Source of the DNA: Octopus bimaculoides
Taxonomy: Eukaryota
Assembly (NCBI RefSeq): GCF_001194135.2
Contig: NC_068981.1
Span: 144,393,970 to 144,455,368 of the forward strand
Length of the DNA stretch: 61,399 bases
Direction of reading: 5' to 3'
Shown here one piece after another: positions 11,977 to 25,679 of the stretch. The notes beneath the pieces are model-generated. The model searched no databases, was not told where the DNA came from, and saw only the letters and a program-made list of their open reading frames with translations. The position numbers and the translations under genes were made by a program. Within the stretch, counting starts at the first letter, position 1. Every line of letters begins with the position of its first letter.

Positions 11977-12620
11977 TAAATGGAGTGGACGGTACCTTTG
12001 GTACGATACAATGACGGCTAGTTCTGGCATTTGTATAACACTCAATGCTGAAATTAGGTTTTAGCCCTTAGCCCTTCTAGAGTTTTCCATATGTAGATTA
12101 TTGCATATCTCTCACGCCGTCACTTTAGGGAGTAAAGTTGCAGTTTTTTCATCCTATCCCTGTAGCTCATCCGCTGCACTGTTTCAATCATTTTAGTGAA
12201 GTGACATTTGATTGCTTCAAGCTCCGCTGTTTGTTTGGCGCTATGTGGTGACCATAACTTGGAGCAGTAGACCAGGCGGCTAAGAACAAAGGTTCTCCAC
12301 AGGGTCAACAGTTTCTTGGTCACTTGTTTTGAAAGACCTCAGTATCCACCTTGCCAGTTGTCTGCACTTTGCTGCCATCTTGGTAATGTGCACATAAAAT
12401 AATGCGTCATTGCATATACTGATCCCCAAGTCTTTGACTGCCTGTGACTCTGGGATTGTAGTGCCTTCGGATCCTGTATATGCTGGCTGTAATGCATTCG
12501 TGAGTTGATAGTGCAGTGCTTGAAATTTTCGCGCATTAAACTGCATGTGGTTTATTTCGGCCCACTTATATATCGAATTCAGGTCCCGCTGTAAGCTTAC
12601 GACATCATCTTGGTTTTTAT
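11977..12620 (-). mobile_element. CR1-like LINE RT C-terminal region
   Basis: LQRDLNSIYKWAEINHMQFNARKF, VKDLGI, FVLSRLVYCSKLWSP, SYRDRMKKLQLYSL, RRERYAII. Confidence 0.85.
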
Positions 12621-13351
12621 TGCGTGTGATAATTTTGTATTATCGGCATAGCTAGTGACAGAGGCTGTCCGAGTGGCCGTATATATATATATATATATAT
12701 ATNNNNNNNNNNNNNNNNNNNNNNNNNNNNNNNNNNNNNNNNNNNNNNNNNNNNNNNNNNNNNNNNNNNNNNNNNNNNNNNNNNNNNNNNNNNNNNNNNN
12801 NNNNNNNNNNNNNNNNNNNNNNNNNNNNNNNNNNNNNNNNNNNNNNNNNNNNNNNNNNNNNNNNNNNNNNNNNNNNNNNNNNNNNNNNNNNNNNNNNNNN
12901 NNNNNNNNNNNNNNNNNNNNNNNNNNNNNNNNNNNNNNNNNNNNNNNNNNNNNNNNNNNNNNNNNNNNNNNNNNNNNNNNNNNNNNNNNNNNNNNNNNNN
13001 NNNNNNNNNNNNNNNNNNNNNNNNNNNNNNNNNNNNNNNNNNNNNNNNNNNNNNNNNNNNNNNNNNNNNNNNNNNNNNNNNNNNNNNNNNNNNNNNNNNN
13101 NNNNNNNNNNNNNNNNNNNNNNNNNNNNNNNNNNNNNNNNNNNNNNNNNNNNNNNNNNNNNNNNNNNNNNNNNNNNNNNNNNNNNNNNNNNNNNNNNNNN
13201 NNNNNNNNNNNNNNNNNNNNNNNNNNNNNNNNNNNNNNNNNNNNNNNNNNNNNNNNNNNNNNNNNNNNNNNNNNNNNNNNNNNNNNNNNNNNNNNNNNNN
13301 NNNNNNNNNNNNNNNNNNNNNNNNNNNNNNNNNNNNNNNNNNNNNNNNNNN

Positions 13352-13390
<39 letters not shown>

Positions 13391-13936
13391 CCTCGGCACT
13401 CCGTCACCATGTAGACACCCGACTTGCTAAAGACAGTATCTACATCCATCCACACCACACCTCCATGTCTTAAAAATAGAAAGGCATTGGTTAGCTGTAA
13501 CTTAGATGTATAAGACATGTTGGTAGGATGGGAAAAGTCGAAATGCCTTTGATTATATCATTGGCAAATTCAATGACAACTGAATGTAAAGCAAACGCAA
13601 GTAACATTGTAGACGTGCTGATGAGTGTACCGCTGCTTGGTCGGTCGTCTAGCAATAAATAGCAGTCGAATCTTGCTCTTAGACTATCATCTTTTTGGAT
13701 CGATTTCTTGGCTAATGCAGTAAGACGTACGTCTGAAAATGAGAAGAGAAATCGCGGGTGGAATACCAATTACAATTGTCTGTTCCTCTAGAGATTAAGC
13801 AACAATTGTAAGAATACCATCAAAAACACAACAGTAACAACGCTAGGGATCGAGGGTATCTGTAATGGTTTATCTACCCTCCAGAAATAACAACCAACTC
13901 TCTTTTATATCCTTCTAGTGAAGGAATATCTTTATG

Positions 13937-13967
<31 letters not shown>

Positions 13968-13990
13968 AATCTCTGAGCGAGGTATATACC

Positions 13991-14153
13991 GTAGCTGCAC
14001 GACATCGTGAAGTATATTTGCCACCTAACTTCCCTACCACATGGTTCCAGGTTCAGCGCCACTGTGGGCAAGTGTTTTCTATTAAAGCCTTGGACCGACC
14101 AAAGCCTTCTGAGTGGATTTAGTAGACGGATACTGAAAGAAGCCCATCGTATA
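13991..14153 (+). mobile_element. SINE-B 5' half
   Basis: ATGGTTCCAGGTTCAG..GGGCAAGTG..GAGTGGATTTAGTAGACGGATACTGAAAGAAGCCCATCG, then TA repeat and gap. Confidence 0.85.
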
Positions 14154-14489
14154 NNNNNNNNNNNNNNNNNNNNNNNNNNNNNNNNNNNNNNNNNNNNNNN
14201 NNNNNNNNNNNNNNNNNNNNNNNNNNNNNNNNNNNNNNNNNNNNNNNNNNNNNNNNNNNNNNNNNNNNNNNNNNNNNNNNNNNNNNNNNNNNNNNNNNNN
14301 NNNNNNNNNNNNNNNNNNNNNNNNNNNNNNNNNNNNNNNNNNNNNNNNNNNNNNNNNNNNNNNNNNNNNNNNNNNNNNNNNNNNNNNNNNNNNNNNNNNN
14401 NNNNNNNNNNNNNNNNNNNNNNNNNNNNNNNNNNNNNNNNNNNNNNNNNNNNNNNNNNNNNNNNNNNNNNNNNNNNNNNNNNNNNNNNN

Positions 14490-14537
<48 letters not shown>

Positions 14538-14993
14538 TGTGCGTGCGTGTGTAAGTGTGTGTAAGTGTGTGTGTGTATAAATGATATTCAGATAATCGAT
14601 ATCTTGCTAATCACTCTAAGAAATTTCCAGTCGAATACTGAGATTTAACTGCGGAAACAAAATCAAATTAAATGTGTTGATTAAGTAATATTGTATATAA
14701 TAAATTATCTATCAAGTAGCTGTGAAACTCAAACATTAATTAAACGATATTATTAAATTTGTATTTATAAAACATATTGATATTCGTAAAAAAATAATTT
14801 ATTGCTATATTTTTGTGAAAAAAAGAATGAATAACGGATATAAATTAAGATCAAATTAAATTAGAAATAAGAAATATTGTTATATGTAAACAAAAATATG
14901 ATAAATTTAAAATAAGCGCTCACGCACACACAGGTATATGAATATATATATATATTTATGCAAACTTAAACACGCACACACTCACTTACGCAA

Positions 14994-15032
<39 letters not shown>

Positions 15033-15132
15033 TACAAATTTACCCTTAAATGAAAAAATGTCTAATAATTGGTAAATTATTATTATCTCTGCGTGTGTGC
15101 GCGCGCGCCCGCGCGTGCGAGTGTGTGTTTGT

Positions 15133-15163
<31 letters not shown>

Positions 15164-15491
15164 AGAAAAAGTAAGCATGTGTGCGTTGGAATATATGCGT
15201 GTTTATATCTGCGTGTTTAAATTATACATGTAAGAAAGGGTGGTGTATATATAATAATAATACATGTGTGTATGTGTGTGTGTGTTTGTGTGTGTATCTG
15301 CATATATGCTTATACACATACACGCACGCGTACGAAGTATACCGATTTGGAGAAAGAAAAAACAAGAGCATACAGTTGAGGAGGTCGCGAATGGCAACGA
15401 ATAGACTCTAACAAACCAGCTGATTGATTTATCGAACAACTAATCAAGTAATCAATTAATTGCTTAGCAAGTTGACTAATAATAAGAGTAA

Positions 15492-15879
15492 TTGTTGTTG
15501 GCACTCCGTCGCTTACGACGACGAGGGTTCCAGTTGATCCGATCAACGGAACAGCCTGCTCGTGAAATTAACGTGCAAGTGGCTGAGCACTCCACAGACA
15601 CGTGTACCCTTAACGTAGTTCTCGGGGATATTCAGCGTGACACAGAGTGTGACAAGGCTGACCCTTTGAATTACAGGCACAACAGAAACAGTAAGTAAGA
15701 GTGAGAGAAAGTTGTGGTGGAAGAGTACAGCAGGGTTCGCCACCATCCCCTGCCGTAGCCTCGTGGAGCTTTAGGTGTTTTCGCTCAATAAACACTCACA
15801 ACGCCCGGTTTGGGATTCGAAACCGCGATCTTATAACCGCGAGTCCACTGCCCTAACCACTGGGCCATTGCGCCTCCAC
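15492..15879 (-). mobile_element. SINE-C, full length
   Basis: tRNA-like head GGAGGCGCAATGGCCCAGTGGTTAGGG; tail GACGGAGTGCC(AAC)n. Confidence 0.9.
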
Positions 15880-16114
15880 AATAGTAATAACCTATCAATA
15901 TAATCATTATATCCCACATAACCTAGATGCCTTGTTAGAACACCGAGTACTGCGTTATTAACCTTGAGAGATCCTCTCATACAGGCGTTTGGTGTATCAA
16001 AGCACACCCATAGAACGTAGCAGATAAAATTCGTCTCCCGTGAACGCCGGAATTCCCATATTATGTGATTTCGCTCTGTTTGACCTCATGAATGGGAAGC
16101 ACCGATCACCGAAC

Positions 16115-16230
16115 CAACCTTTTTAAGCGTATCTAAGTTTATCTTATCGATTTCCACTTTCTTTTAAGATTTTAGAGTGTGCTTTGTGAGAGAATTTACT
16201 GCTCTGACTAGCACGATGACAGACCACTTT
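16115..16230 (-). repeat. Repeat E fragment
   Basis: TTTTTAAGATTTTAGAGTGTGCTTTGTGAGAGAATTTACTGCT resembles the reverse complement of 30690-30780 and 46620-46830. Confidence 0.4.
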
Positions 16231-16300
16231 GGATCATATATAGAAATAAACCATGCGAAGATGGCATGATTACACGATCACGTCTACGATCTTCTACTAC

Positions 16301-16411
16301 AGCCCGAGGCTATAGTGGAAGACACTTGCCCAAAGTGCCACGCAGTGGGACTGAACCCAGAACCATGTAGTTGGTGAGCAAGCTACTTACCACACAGCCA
16401 CTCCTGCACCT
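16301..16411 (-). mobile_element. SINE-B head
   Basis: GACACTTGCCCAAAGTGCCACGCAGTGGGACTGAACCC..CACACAGCCACTCCTGCACC. Confidence 0.9.
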
Positions 16412-16413
16412 AT

Positions 16414-16482
<69 letters not shown>

Positions 16483-17056
16483 NNNNNNNNNNNNNNNNNN
16501 NNNNNNNNNNNNNNNNNNNNNNNNNNNNNNNNNNNNNNNNNNNNNNNNNNNNNNNNNNNNNNNNNNNNNNNNNNNNNNNNNNNNNNNNNNNNNNNNNNNN
16601 NNNNNNNNNNNNNNNNNNNNNNNNNNNNNNNNNNNNNNNNNNNNNNNNNNNNNNNNNNNNNNNNNNNNNNNNNNNNNNNNNNNNNNNNNNNNNNNNNNNN
16701 NNNNNNNNNNNNNNNNNNNNNNNNNNNNNNNNNNNNNNNNNNNNNNNNNNNNNNNNNNNNNNNNNNNNNNNNNNNNNNNNNNNNNNNNNNNNNNNNNNNN
16801 NNNNNNNNNNNNNNNNNNNNNNNNNNNNNNNNNNNNNNNNNNNATATATATATATATTATACGATTTATATTATAAACACATGTATAATACATATGATAT
16901 GTATAATATTTTGATATATAAATAACATGAAACAATATTCTTATGTTGTAAATCTATTATACAATATATCCAACACTAAGTGAAAGCTAATCAACTCTAC
17001 GAAATTTGAAATAGGGTTGATCATTAAAATCTTCCAAGCTTAAGTATAACATTAAG

Positions 17057-17212
17057 TGGCACTCCGTCGATCATGACGACGAGGGTTCCAGTTAATCCAA
17101 TCAACGGAACAGTTTGTTCGTGAAATGAACGAGTAAGTGACTGAGCACTCCATAGACACTTTTCCTTAACGTAGTGTTAAGGGAGATTCGGCGTGACACA
17201 ATGTGATACGTT
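17057..17212 (-). mobile_element. SINE-C 3' fragment
   Basis: GGCACTCCGTCG..GAGGGTTCCAGTT..CAACGGAACAG. Confidence 0.85.
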
Positions 17213-17513
17213 GAATATATATGTGTATCTATATGTGTATACACTTGCTTAGTAATATTAAATAATGTCTGATGAGCATTGGGAATCAGATAATGTACGA
17301 CGTAATCCATAGTATCGTGTTACGATTACAATGAATAAAGATTCCCAGCAATATGTTGCAAAATTTAAAATCGATTCCTGCGTTTCTCACTATTATTACT
17401 TCTCGGAACACCATGCATTCTACTATTCGTCGAATTACTGGTAGACAATTGGATTGCGAATTACAAGTTAAGAATGACTGGTCTTCATCGTGGCTTATAT
17501 ATCGATATTAGAT

Positions 17514-17819
17514 TAGTGCTAATACTCAAAGTGGTGGTCTGCGGACCGGTGCCAGTCCGCGAGCCATCAGCTGCCGGTATGCGGCAAGTTTCCAGAGAAC
17601 AAAGTAACATTATAAAATGCTTATAAAATGCCTATGTAATATTGTATTATTTGTTTACAAAATAAATGAAAGATAAAAGAAATTGGCAATTTTATTATAA
17701 TCATTATATATATTGTTTCCGGTATAAATTGATATTACTAAGAAATCTTACCGATCCCTGGCACATTGGAAAAAAAACAAACTGCCGGTACGCCACATAA
17801 GATACTTTGAGAAGCACTG
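17514..17819. mobile_element. hAT (Charlie-type) MITE
   Basis: Ends TAGTGCTAATACTCAAAGT and ACTTTGAGAAGCACTG; 8-bp flanks TATTAGAT and TATTAGAC form a 7/8 TSD. Confidence 0.8.
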
Positions 17820-19093
17820 TATTAGACTACTTGACTGCCTGCTCTGCGTAATTCTGTCTAGCCAATCGGTGGTGTTCTACAATTTGATATGACTTGATTC
17901 TTTATGAATCCTAAATAGCCAAAAATAACCAAAAATGTATATATATGTGTGTCTGTTTGTGTGTGTGTGTGTTCCATATATGAGCGTGTATATATATATA
18001 TATATATATATATNNNNNNNNNNNNNNNNNNNNNNNNNNNNNNNNNNNNNNNNNNNNNNNNNNNNNNNNNNNNNNNNNNNNNNNNNNNNNNNNNNNNNNN
18101 NNNNNNNNNNNNNNNNNNNNNNNNNNNNNNNNNNNNNNNNNNNNNNNNNNNNNNNNNNNNNNNNNNNNNNNNNNNNNNNNNNNNNNNNNNNNNNNNNNNN
18201 NNNNNNNNNNNNNNNNNNNNNNNNNNNNNNNNNNNNNNNNNNNNNNNNNNNNNNNNNNNNNNNNNNNNNNNNNNNNNNNNNNNNNNNNNNNNNNNNNNNN
18301 NNNNNNNNNNNNNNNNNNNNNNNNNNNNNNNNNNNNNNNNNNNNNNNNNNNNNNNNNNNNNNNNNNNNNNNATATATATATATATATATATATATATATA
18401 CGCATATCTTGATATAAATTTGAGTGATGTTTCTCTGTTACGTTTTTATGTTCGTTAACTCCTCCTAGACCGTATGTGTAAGGACGACGAAACTCAAACC
18501 AGCAACTCCCCTAATCCTAGTGAATGTCCAAAGGGGGTCTATTTATTTAAGGGCCACCTAATTGGAGCCCCACTGAACCCCCTATTTTTCTGTGATTTCG
18601 ACCCTGATACATACTTCATTGTATTTGATTCAGTTAATGACAATGCTAAAGCTAACAACTATAACTTAGTGACGTCCATTTTAAATGTGACCTAAATAAT
18701 CTCAATGTATGTCAATATTCCTATTTATCTTATTTGTATCCTCATTATGGATATAAGTGAAAGATACACGTATAATGAGGTTTGTATCTCATTTGTCTAA
18801 TCTCGCTAATTAATATACTACAAGATAAAGGAATATCAATTAAGTTTTCTCATTATTCTAATTTATAATCTATCCAAATAGTTCCTGTTGTGGTTATTTA
18901 TAGACAGAAGAAATTAACACAGCGTCAGGATTTTAAATTTGCAGCTTTAAAGTTATAGCAAAAGAAATGAGCAATAAGTTCACTGTCATTTTGGGATCCA
19001 ATTCCAAACCTATCGTGTACATAAATACATAAATGCATACATATATACGTACATACACACATACACACCCAAACAGGCATACACGTATACATT

Positions 19094-19262
<169 letters not shown>

Positions 19263-19267
19263 ATATT

Positions 19268-19480
19268 GTATGGCTTACTGGTTAGTTTTGGACTTATGAT
19301 CGTAAGATTGTGGTTTCGATTGCTGGACAAGGAGATGCGTTGTGTTCTTCAGCAAAACATTTCATTTCACGTTGCTGCAGTCCACTCAGCTGGTATAAAT
19401 GAGTAATTTTGCGACGGACCGGCATCCCGTCCAGGCAGGAATGTATACGCCAGAGAAACCGGGAAACCGGCCATTCCTAT
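19268..19480 (+). mobile_element. SINE-D (tRNA-related; middle recalls V/CORE-type domains)
   Basis: tRNA-like head (TGGCTTACTGGTTAG..GGTTTCGATTGC), then CAGCAAAACATTTC..CTCAGCTGG..GCGACGGACCGGCATCCCGTCCAGG. The domain name is from memory. Confidence 0.65.
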
Positions 19481-19515
19481 TTTTGTGTATCAAGCACACA
19501 CACACGCGCAAACAC

Positions 19516-19576
<61 letters not shown>

Positions 19577-20929
19577 TACATACATATATATGTATGTATA
19601 CCAGGTCGCCTGTGAAAGCTCCAATCTACATGTAATCCAAATAATCCAGTACAACCTGTTGCATGTAACTTGATCATATAACTATACCGATGAGGGTAGC
19701 TCTCTCGTGAGGATCGCAAGACTCTAGGAGGACTAGACCCATTTATGGGGAAAGGGAGCATGAACGCTGCCTATGGTCACTGACTATCTTGCAACAGTGC
19801 CGGCGTTTCGAGATTCTAGGCTGGTTTCTGTGCTTTGAAAAGAGCCAGTGACAGTGAACCAGCTTTTAACATTTGTTAAACTATGTCACTAAGTAAATGT
19901 AAGGTTAATCTGTGATATAAATCTTGTTGTAGTGAGACTTTTGTTAGCCATTTGGTCATCTTCTTTCTCAGCTGAATCTCTCTTACTCCCGATAATGCGT
20001 TCTTTACTGGCACCAAATTTCTTTGTCTCGGTTTGTTACTTTGTATTGGTAATAAGATGGCAAGTATCTAAAGTTTCTTTTCATAGATTTAGTCTTAAAA
20101 TTCTCCATGGGCATTGTTGATTTCTTTCGGTCACTGCTTAAACTTCTCATACACAAGTTGACAGCCAATTATATATAGACTATATATATATACATTTATA
20201 ATTCTCGTTTCTCTTGTACAACAGATATTTTGGCTAAATTTCGCAGACCAGCTATTATAAGGTTAATATTTTTGAAGGGCTGAAATTCATATTAGAAACC
20301 AACGGACATATACAGTACAGAAACCCAGATGATCTTTGCAGTGATTAAAGGAAATGAAATAAAATGAATTATTGCAATAATGTCAATAATTATTCAGTAT
20401 ACGCATCAAAATGCATATCCTACTCAGCAAATATAGCCCTGTATCTCTTCTAAATACTTAGGATTGATGTAAATATTCATAAATGTTACAAGGCCTTATT
20501 TACATAATAGGATGTGTATTTCTATGCATATACCGAATAATTATTGATGTTACTACCGCAATTCTTTGATGGATTATTTTATTTGATGTCACATTCATCA
20601 TAGCACTGTGTACCTATGGTGAACTACTATTTCTAATTTGGTGATTCAATGCAACTTATGGCCACGGCCATGATAAATACGGAGAATGAAAATGAATTTG
20701 TAAGTTTTATTTATGTATAGGAAACTGAAGTAGAAAATTAATGTGGTTTTAAACTGCAATAATATAGTAAATCTGAAGCATTACAAACATAAAAGATCAT
20801 TAAAATCGTCCAAAATCAGTTTGTTCATCATCTTCAGTACAACATAAACTTTCATTATCGTAAGGGTGAAATATATTGTCGTGCAGATATTCTTCACTTT
20901 TGCTCTCCGTAATTATAAGTTGTACATCA

Positions 20930-21038
20930 CAACCAACACCACCACCACCACAACCACCACCACGACGACCACCACAACCACCATCATCAAGAACAACAAG
21001 AGAAGCAACAACAACAACACTATCATCGTCATCATCAT

Positions 21039-21075
<37 letters not shown>
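20930..21075. repeat. Compound ACC/ACA/ATC/TA microsatellite
   Basis: Directly visible; generates the poly-T, poly-P and poly-V ORFs. Confidence 0.9.
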
Positions 21076-21078
<3 letters not shown>

Positions 21079-23496
21079 TTCCTTGCATCATTCAATGAAT
21101 TCCTTTTCAAATTTCTTGAATGATTTGATAGTGTTGCCTCTTCTTTCCTCCTATAAATTAACGATCTGTTCACAGATCAGCTGTAATAATGGAGCTTGCG
21201 TACCCTCTACTGTCGTATATGCTTACATCAAGTTACTCTATTTAATTGTCGCCTTGTCCTCAAACGGATTATTGATTTCAATATCTAAGGTTCGCAAAAT
21301 ACTTCGTTGGCCAGAATTTACTGCAATTCAATGGTTTGTAATCGGACATGTTCAACAATACTCTTCACCAGATCTAATTTAAACTGATTCCAGACCAGCG
21401 AACAAACTTTTCTTCTGTCGTTCTCTATGTCGCAAATTCCAAGCTTTCATTATTCATTTTCTACAGACACTTTAATTCATCTAAGGTTGTGTTTGTATTG
21501 TTTGTATGTGTACAGCAACTGCTTTTGGAAATGCTACCTTTAGCATTGTTTTTCTCATTAGAAATTCTTTTAATTTAAGATCATTTACTATACAAGAAAG
21601 AATTAAAATAAACTTGATCTTCTCATATCTCTTAGTGTCCTGCATTACTGTTTTCTCTCGTATTTGATTCGCAGTTTATTTCCCTGGCATGATAAATTTA
21701 AGATTTTCGATCATGATTGTAAAACTGTGATAACCTATAACCTTTATTCTACCGATTTCTGATTACAAATTTGTGAAACGCTAATAGGTTATCATAAAGG
21801 TCACCAGATAGATTTTATGCAATCTTCTTTCTCTGTCAAAATGCTATACCATCATACTGTCTCATGAATCTTGTGCACCATTTAATTCTTGATTTGAAAT
21901 CCAAAATATGCACCACAAGTTTCGCAGTTTCCCCTCTACTAAATTATACTTGTATATCATCAGTACCCGGAGCTGTTGTGGAATACGTCTGCCCAAGGTT
22001 ATCCGTAGTGATGATCTTTAGTGATATCGAAATTAGAAACACGTGGCAGTAATCACTAAGCCATAATTTAAAACACTATGCAGGAGATATTGTCAAAACG
22101 CTACTACCTTGACAAGGTCTACCTTGTATATTACAACACTGAAACAGAAATTAATTCCGCTAACTTTATAATATACGATATCGCAAAACAGACCAGCAGC
22201 ACAAATTTCCTTTTTGGAAAACATTCTTTAGTGATATTCCAACCGAAGAATGCCTCTCCGACGTGAAACGTAAAGTAATGGAAAAGTTAAAAGATTTAAC
22301 AATTATATATTTATTTTATTAGATGCATTCAGTTTTTGTTACTTTATTCGTACTCCTACTTGTAAATATAATTTACGTATACATACGCATACAAGCGTAC
22401 TAAGTGGAAATCGGATGTTCATAGAATCATACGATATATATGCAGAAGCACTTGCCATTCCCTACACAGAAGGCTACACGAAGACACGATGTACATGTAT
22501 AAAGAATGTATATTTAAGAATATATGCATAATTCACACATACTTTCCTTTTTCTATTCTATTACAAGTTACATTATTCAATAATATTTCTTTCTTAGATA
22601 CAAAACAAAAGTATTGTTGTCTATTTATTTACTGAAATCAATTTAAAATTAATATATTGAAAATAAATGTAGTTTTGATAATAGTAATATCTCTGAATAT
22701 AGCATTTCCATATATGAAGTAAATCAAATTCTTTTATTGTCTTAAACGTGGAGAAGTGGCTACTTTTCCTAATCAACAGCTGCAAAAGATTTGCGTTGTG
22801 TGGCGAGTGACGTTTTATCTCAGGAGGAAATTGAAATGATTAGTTGAGCTGAGTAATTTTGTTCTAAACGTTCATCGTGTGATCTTCTATTATTTATCTA
22901 TCCTGAATTAGCTAATTACAATTTCTACAGCATTTTTTTTTTTCAGCTAGATCAAACTAAATTTGTACATAAAAATATACAATTTTTAGATTTCTTGAAT
23001 TAGAAACAAGCATAACTTCGATTGTAATTGAAATGAGGAAAGTTAATGAGGAAAAATCTTAATTATTAACTTGAAATGAACTATTTGTAAATATGAGCCA
23101 AACCATTTTAAAGGATCTACACGAACAAATCAGGCGAGTTACAAAACTAATGAATATAAGGATTTAAAACTGAAAGACATTCAAAATTTTGTAATATTTT
23201 ATGATATTTTATCTTTTCAGATGAGTTACTAAAACATTATGGCGAATCTCTGTCAGAACGTGAAACATTAAATATATTGCTTAAGCGATAGCACAGAAAT
23301 ACGATGAAATTTTGTTGTTTTCAATGTATATTAAATCAATAGCATGCTAGCTTGATGCAACCTGTTGTCTTCAATCTTCTGATGAAGTGTAACTTTCCTG
23401 GTGTGAAACAGACATTACATAACATGTATAATAGTTCTACATGCAATGCGGGTATAATATTTATTGGGTGAGCAGTTACAGAAAATTGCAGCATTA

Positions 23497-23662
23497 AATA
23501 ATTGTTTCAAATTGTAACACAGGGCCAACATCAGGGTAGGAGTACAGTCGATCGTTCACGGTATTTGACTGGTACCTTATAATATCTGCTCGGAAGAGAT
23601 AAAAGTTGACCTCAGCAGGATTTGAACTGAGAACGTAAAGAGCCGGAAGAAATGCCGCTAAG
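23497..23662 (-). mobile_element. SINE-A, degenerate
   Basis: AAAGTTGACCTCAGCAGGATTTGAACTGAGAACGTAAAGAGCCGGAAGAAATGCCGCTAAG. Confidence 0.75.
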
Positions 23663-25179
23663 TTAAAGTTAAATTGGAAGGGCAAGCACAATAGACTGGT
23701 CGGAATGGTACAGCCGATTTCCGGCGTAAAGATCAGTATGTTAATGTCTACAAGAATACGTGATTGTTAAATGAATCCGAAATCTGCCCCGAATATTTTC
23801 AACCGAGAGAACTCCCTTAACGGCTGCTATGATAAAATAAGCAGTGTGTGACGTTTTCAAATGCATTTTAGTTTGTGTATAAAACACTTTATTTCTGTTA
23901 AAATATTTGTTTTTCGCTGAAAAGACAGCTTTGCATATTTTTTCATCCATTATTTATTTCTTGCTTTATTACTATTTTTATCGTATGTTTTCTACAAGAC
24001 AAAGAGACCATTCGTGAAACATGGCTGTTTTAAAGTTGTAATACAAAAGAATATCTTCATCTGGATGAAATGAAAGAGTTAACATTTGTTTGTAAAGATA
24101 ACGTGTAAACATTATGAGGGCGGTTGGTCGACAGTAAATGTATTTTAGTTCATTCATTCTCATCGAGTAAACTTTAAGTGTTGAATTATTCGTTTTATTT
24201 TGCTGTCTTATGAATGTTTTAATTCTCTGTATTTAGTTTGTTTTCAAGTACAAGTATTGTGAGAATATTTGTATTTTCAGGTGTCTTTCTGTCTTTCTTT
24301 GTCGTTATTTCCATTAAATATTTCTCTTATTCATAGACAAATATTATGTTTGTTTTTTTCTATTTTCAAGTCTGACAGCTGCTTGTTAGACAACAACACA
24401 GCCAATTGCTGTCTTCATAGTATCTATGTATGTAAAAGCAGCTTGAGCAATTTTATATAACATAATCTGCTTTTTACAGCATTTTTGTTACTGTTTCTTG
24501 GTTTCTTCTGCTTTTAATAGATTAATTCTGCTTTGTCATTTTATATTGAGTTCACCTTGGCGTGGTGATAACAGAATTATGCAAAAAGAAGGACTGACTT
24601 TCATTGTTGCTTTTATGATTATTTCCACACGTCAGGCCTCATTCAACTAACATAAGATCAAAGTTACTGTAACCGTGGCCAACCTGTATTTGTTTCAGGA
24701 ATTTTGTATCGAAAGAAGATAATTCTTTGAGCTTTCCTTTCATAAGAAGGAAAGCATAATTTAAATCAGATTTGTTTGTTATTTCTAATAAGTTCATCGA
24801 GCTCACAGATGCATCTTTATTAACTCAAAATCTGCGGTGTATCACACAGAACAGGACTTAAATTCAGCAAAAGAAACTATAACATTCGATATTTACACGG
24901 TGCTCTCTGCCACCAGTACCGCAGTACATCTATTTAAGGTTTCGATAGGTTGGTTAGTGATATACAAATATATAAATTTTAAGCTAACCTTTCTACAGTT
25001 GCATTGAAAGTCTAGTAATCCCTATCTGGAGCTGTAGTTAACTTCCAACTAATTTGAAAAACAACTTCTCTACTAGAAATAGTAAATTCCCTACATTTTA
25101 CTATCAAATAAAAGAAGAGAGGCCCGGACCTAAATTTAAGAGCCATTACCTCTAGCTTAGAAGCATCACTGTAAAAGAA

Positions 25180-25560
25180 TTTGTGTCTTCTTTTTCAAAT
25201 CCTAAAACCTATGCTCCGAACGTTTCCCGACAGCTCAGCAGCTCAAAGGAGGTCATCAAATGGCTCTGTCAAATCGAACGCGAAGCCCTTCGACCTCGAT
25301 GTTGTGTCTCTCTCAGCATCTCGGTACTTCCCCCGCCCCCAGCTGATGAATGACTACTCGACTGCATCGGCTCCTCCTATCTCTACTCCTCCGGTTTTAC
25401 CACATCTAATAATATAACAAGTCGTAGACATGTATTTCATTTTCCTTAATCAAAACTTCAAACGAACGCCAGACCCATCCACGAGTTCTAGTCTGATACG
25501 TGTACAGGCCATCACTTATAAACAGACCCGTTAGAACACCGAACACTCAACACCTACCAC
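25180..25560 (+). mobile_element. Possible ancient LINE RT C-terminal remnant
   Basis: One frame reads KTYAPNV..SSKEVIKWLCQIEREALRPR, resembling the post-RT YA..W..I..L..I...ALR motif of Jockey/I-type LINEs. Confidence 0.35.
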
Positions 25561-25640
25561 TCCTATACCTTCTTTAACAAAATTGTATATGACCACAGAA
25601 GATGCAATTCTGGACATCCCAGAGACATTAGTTAACCCCC

Positions 25641-25679
<39 letters not shown>

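Noticed and set aside
15492-15879. tRNA genes at SINE heads (families A-D)
   Set aside because: Only A/B-box-like remnants fused to SINE bodies; no complete cloverleaf.
21080-22300. Coding-like composition suggesting a hAT or LINE remnant
   Set aside because: No diagnostic motif could be read in any frame.
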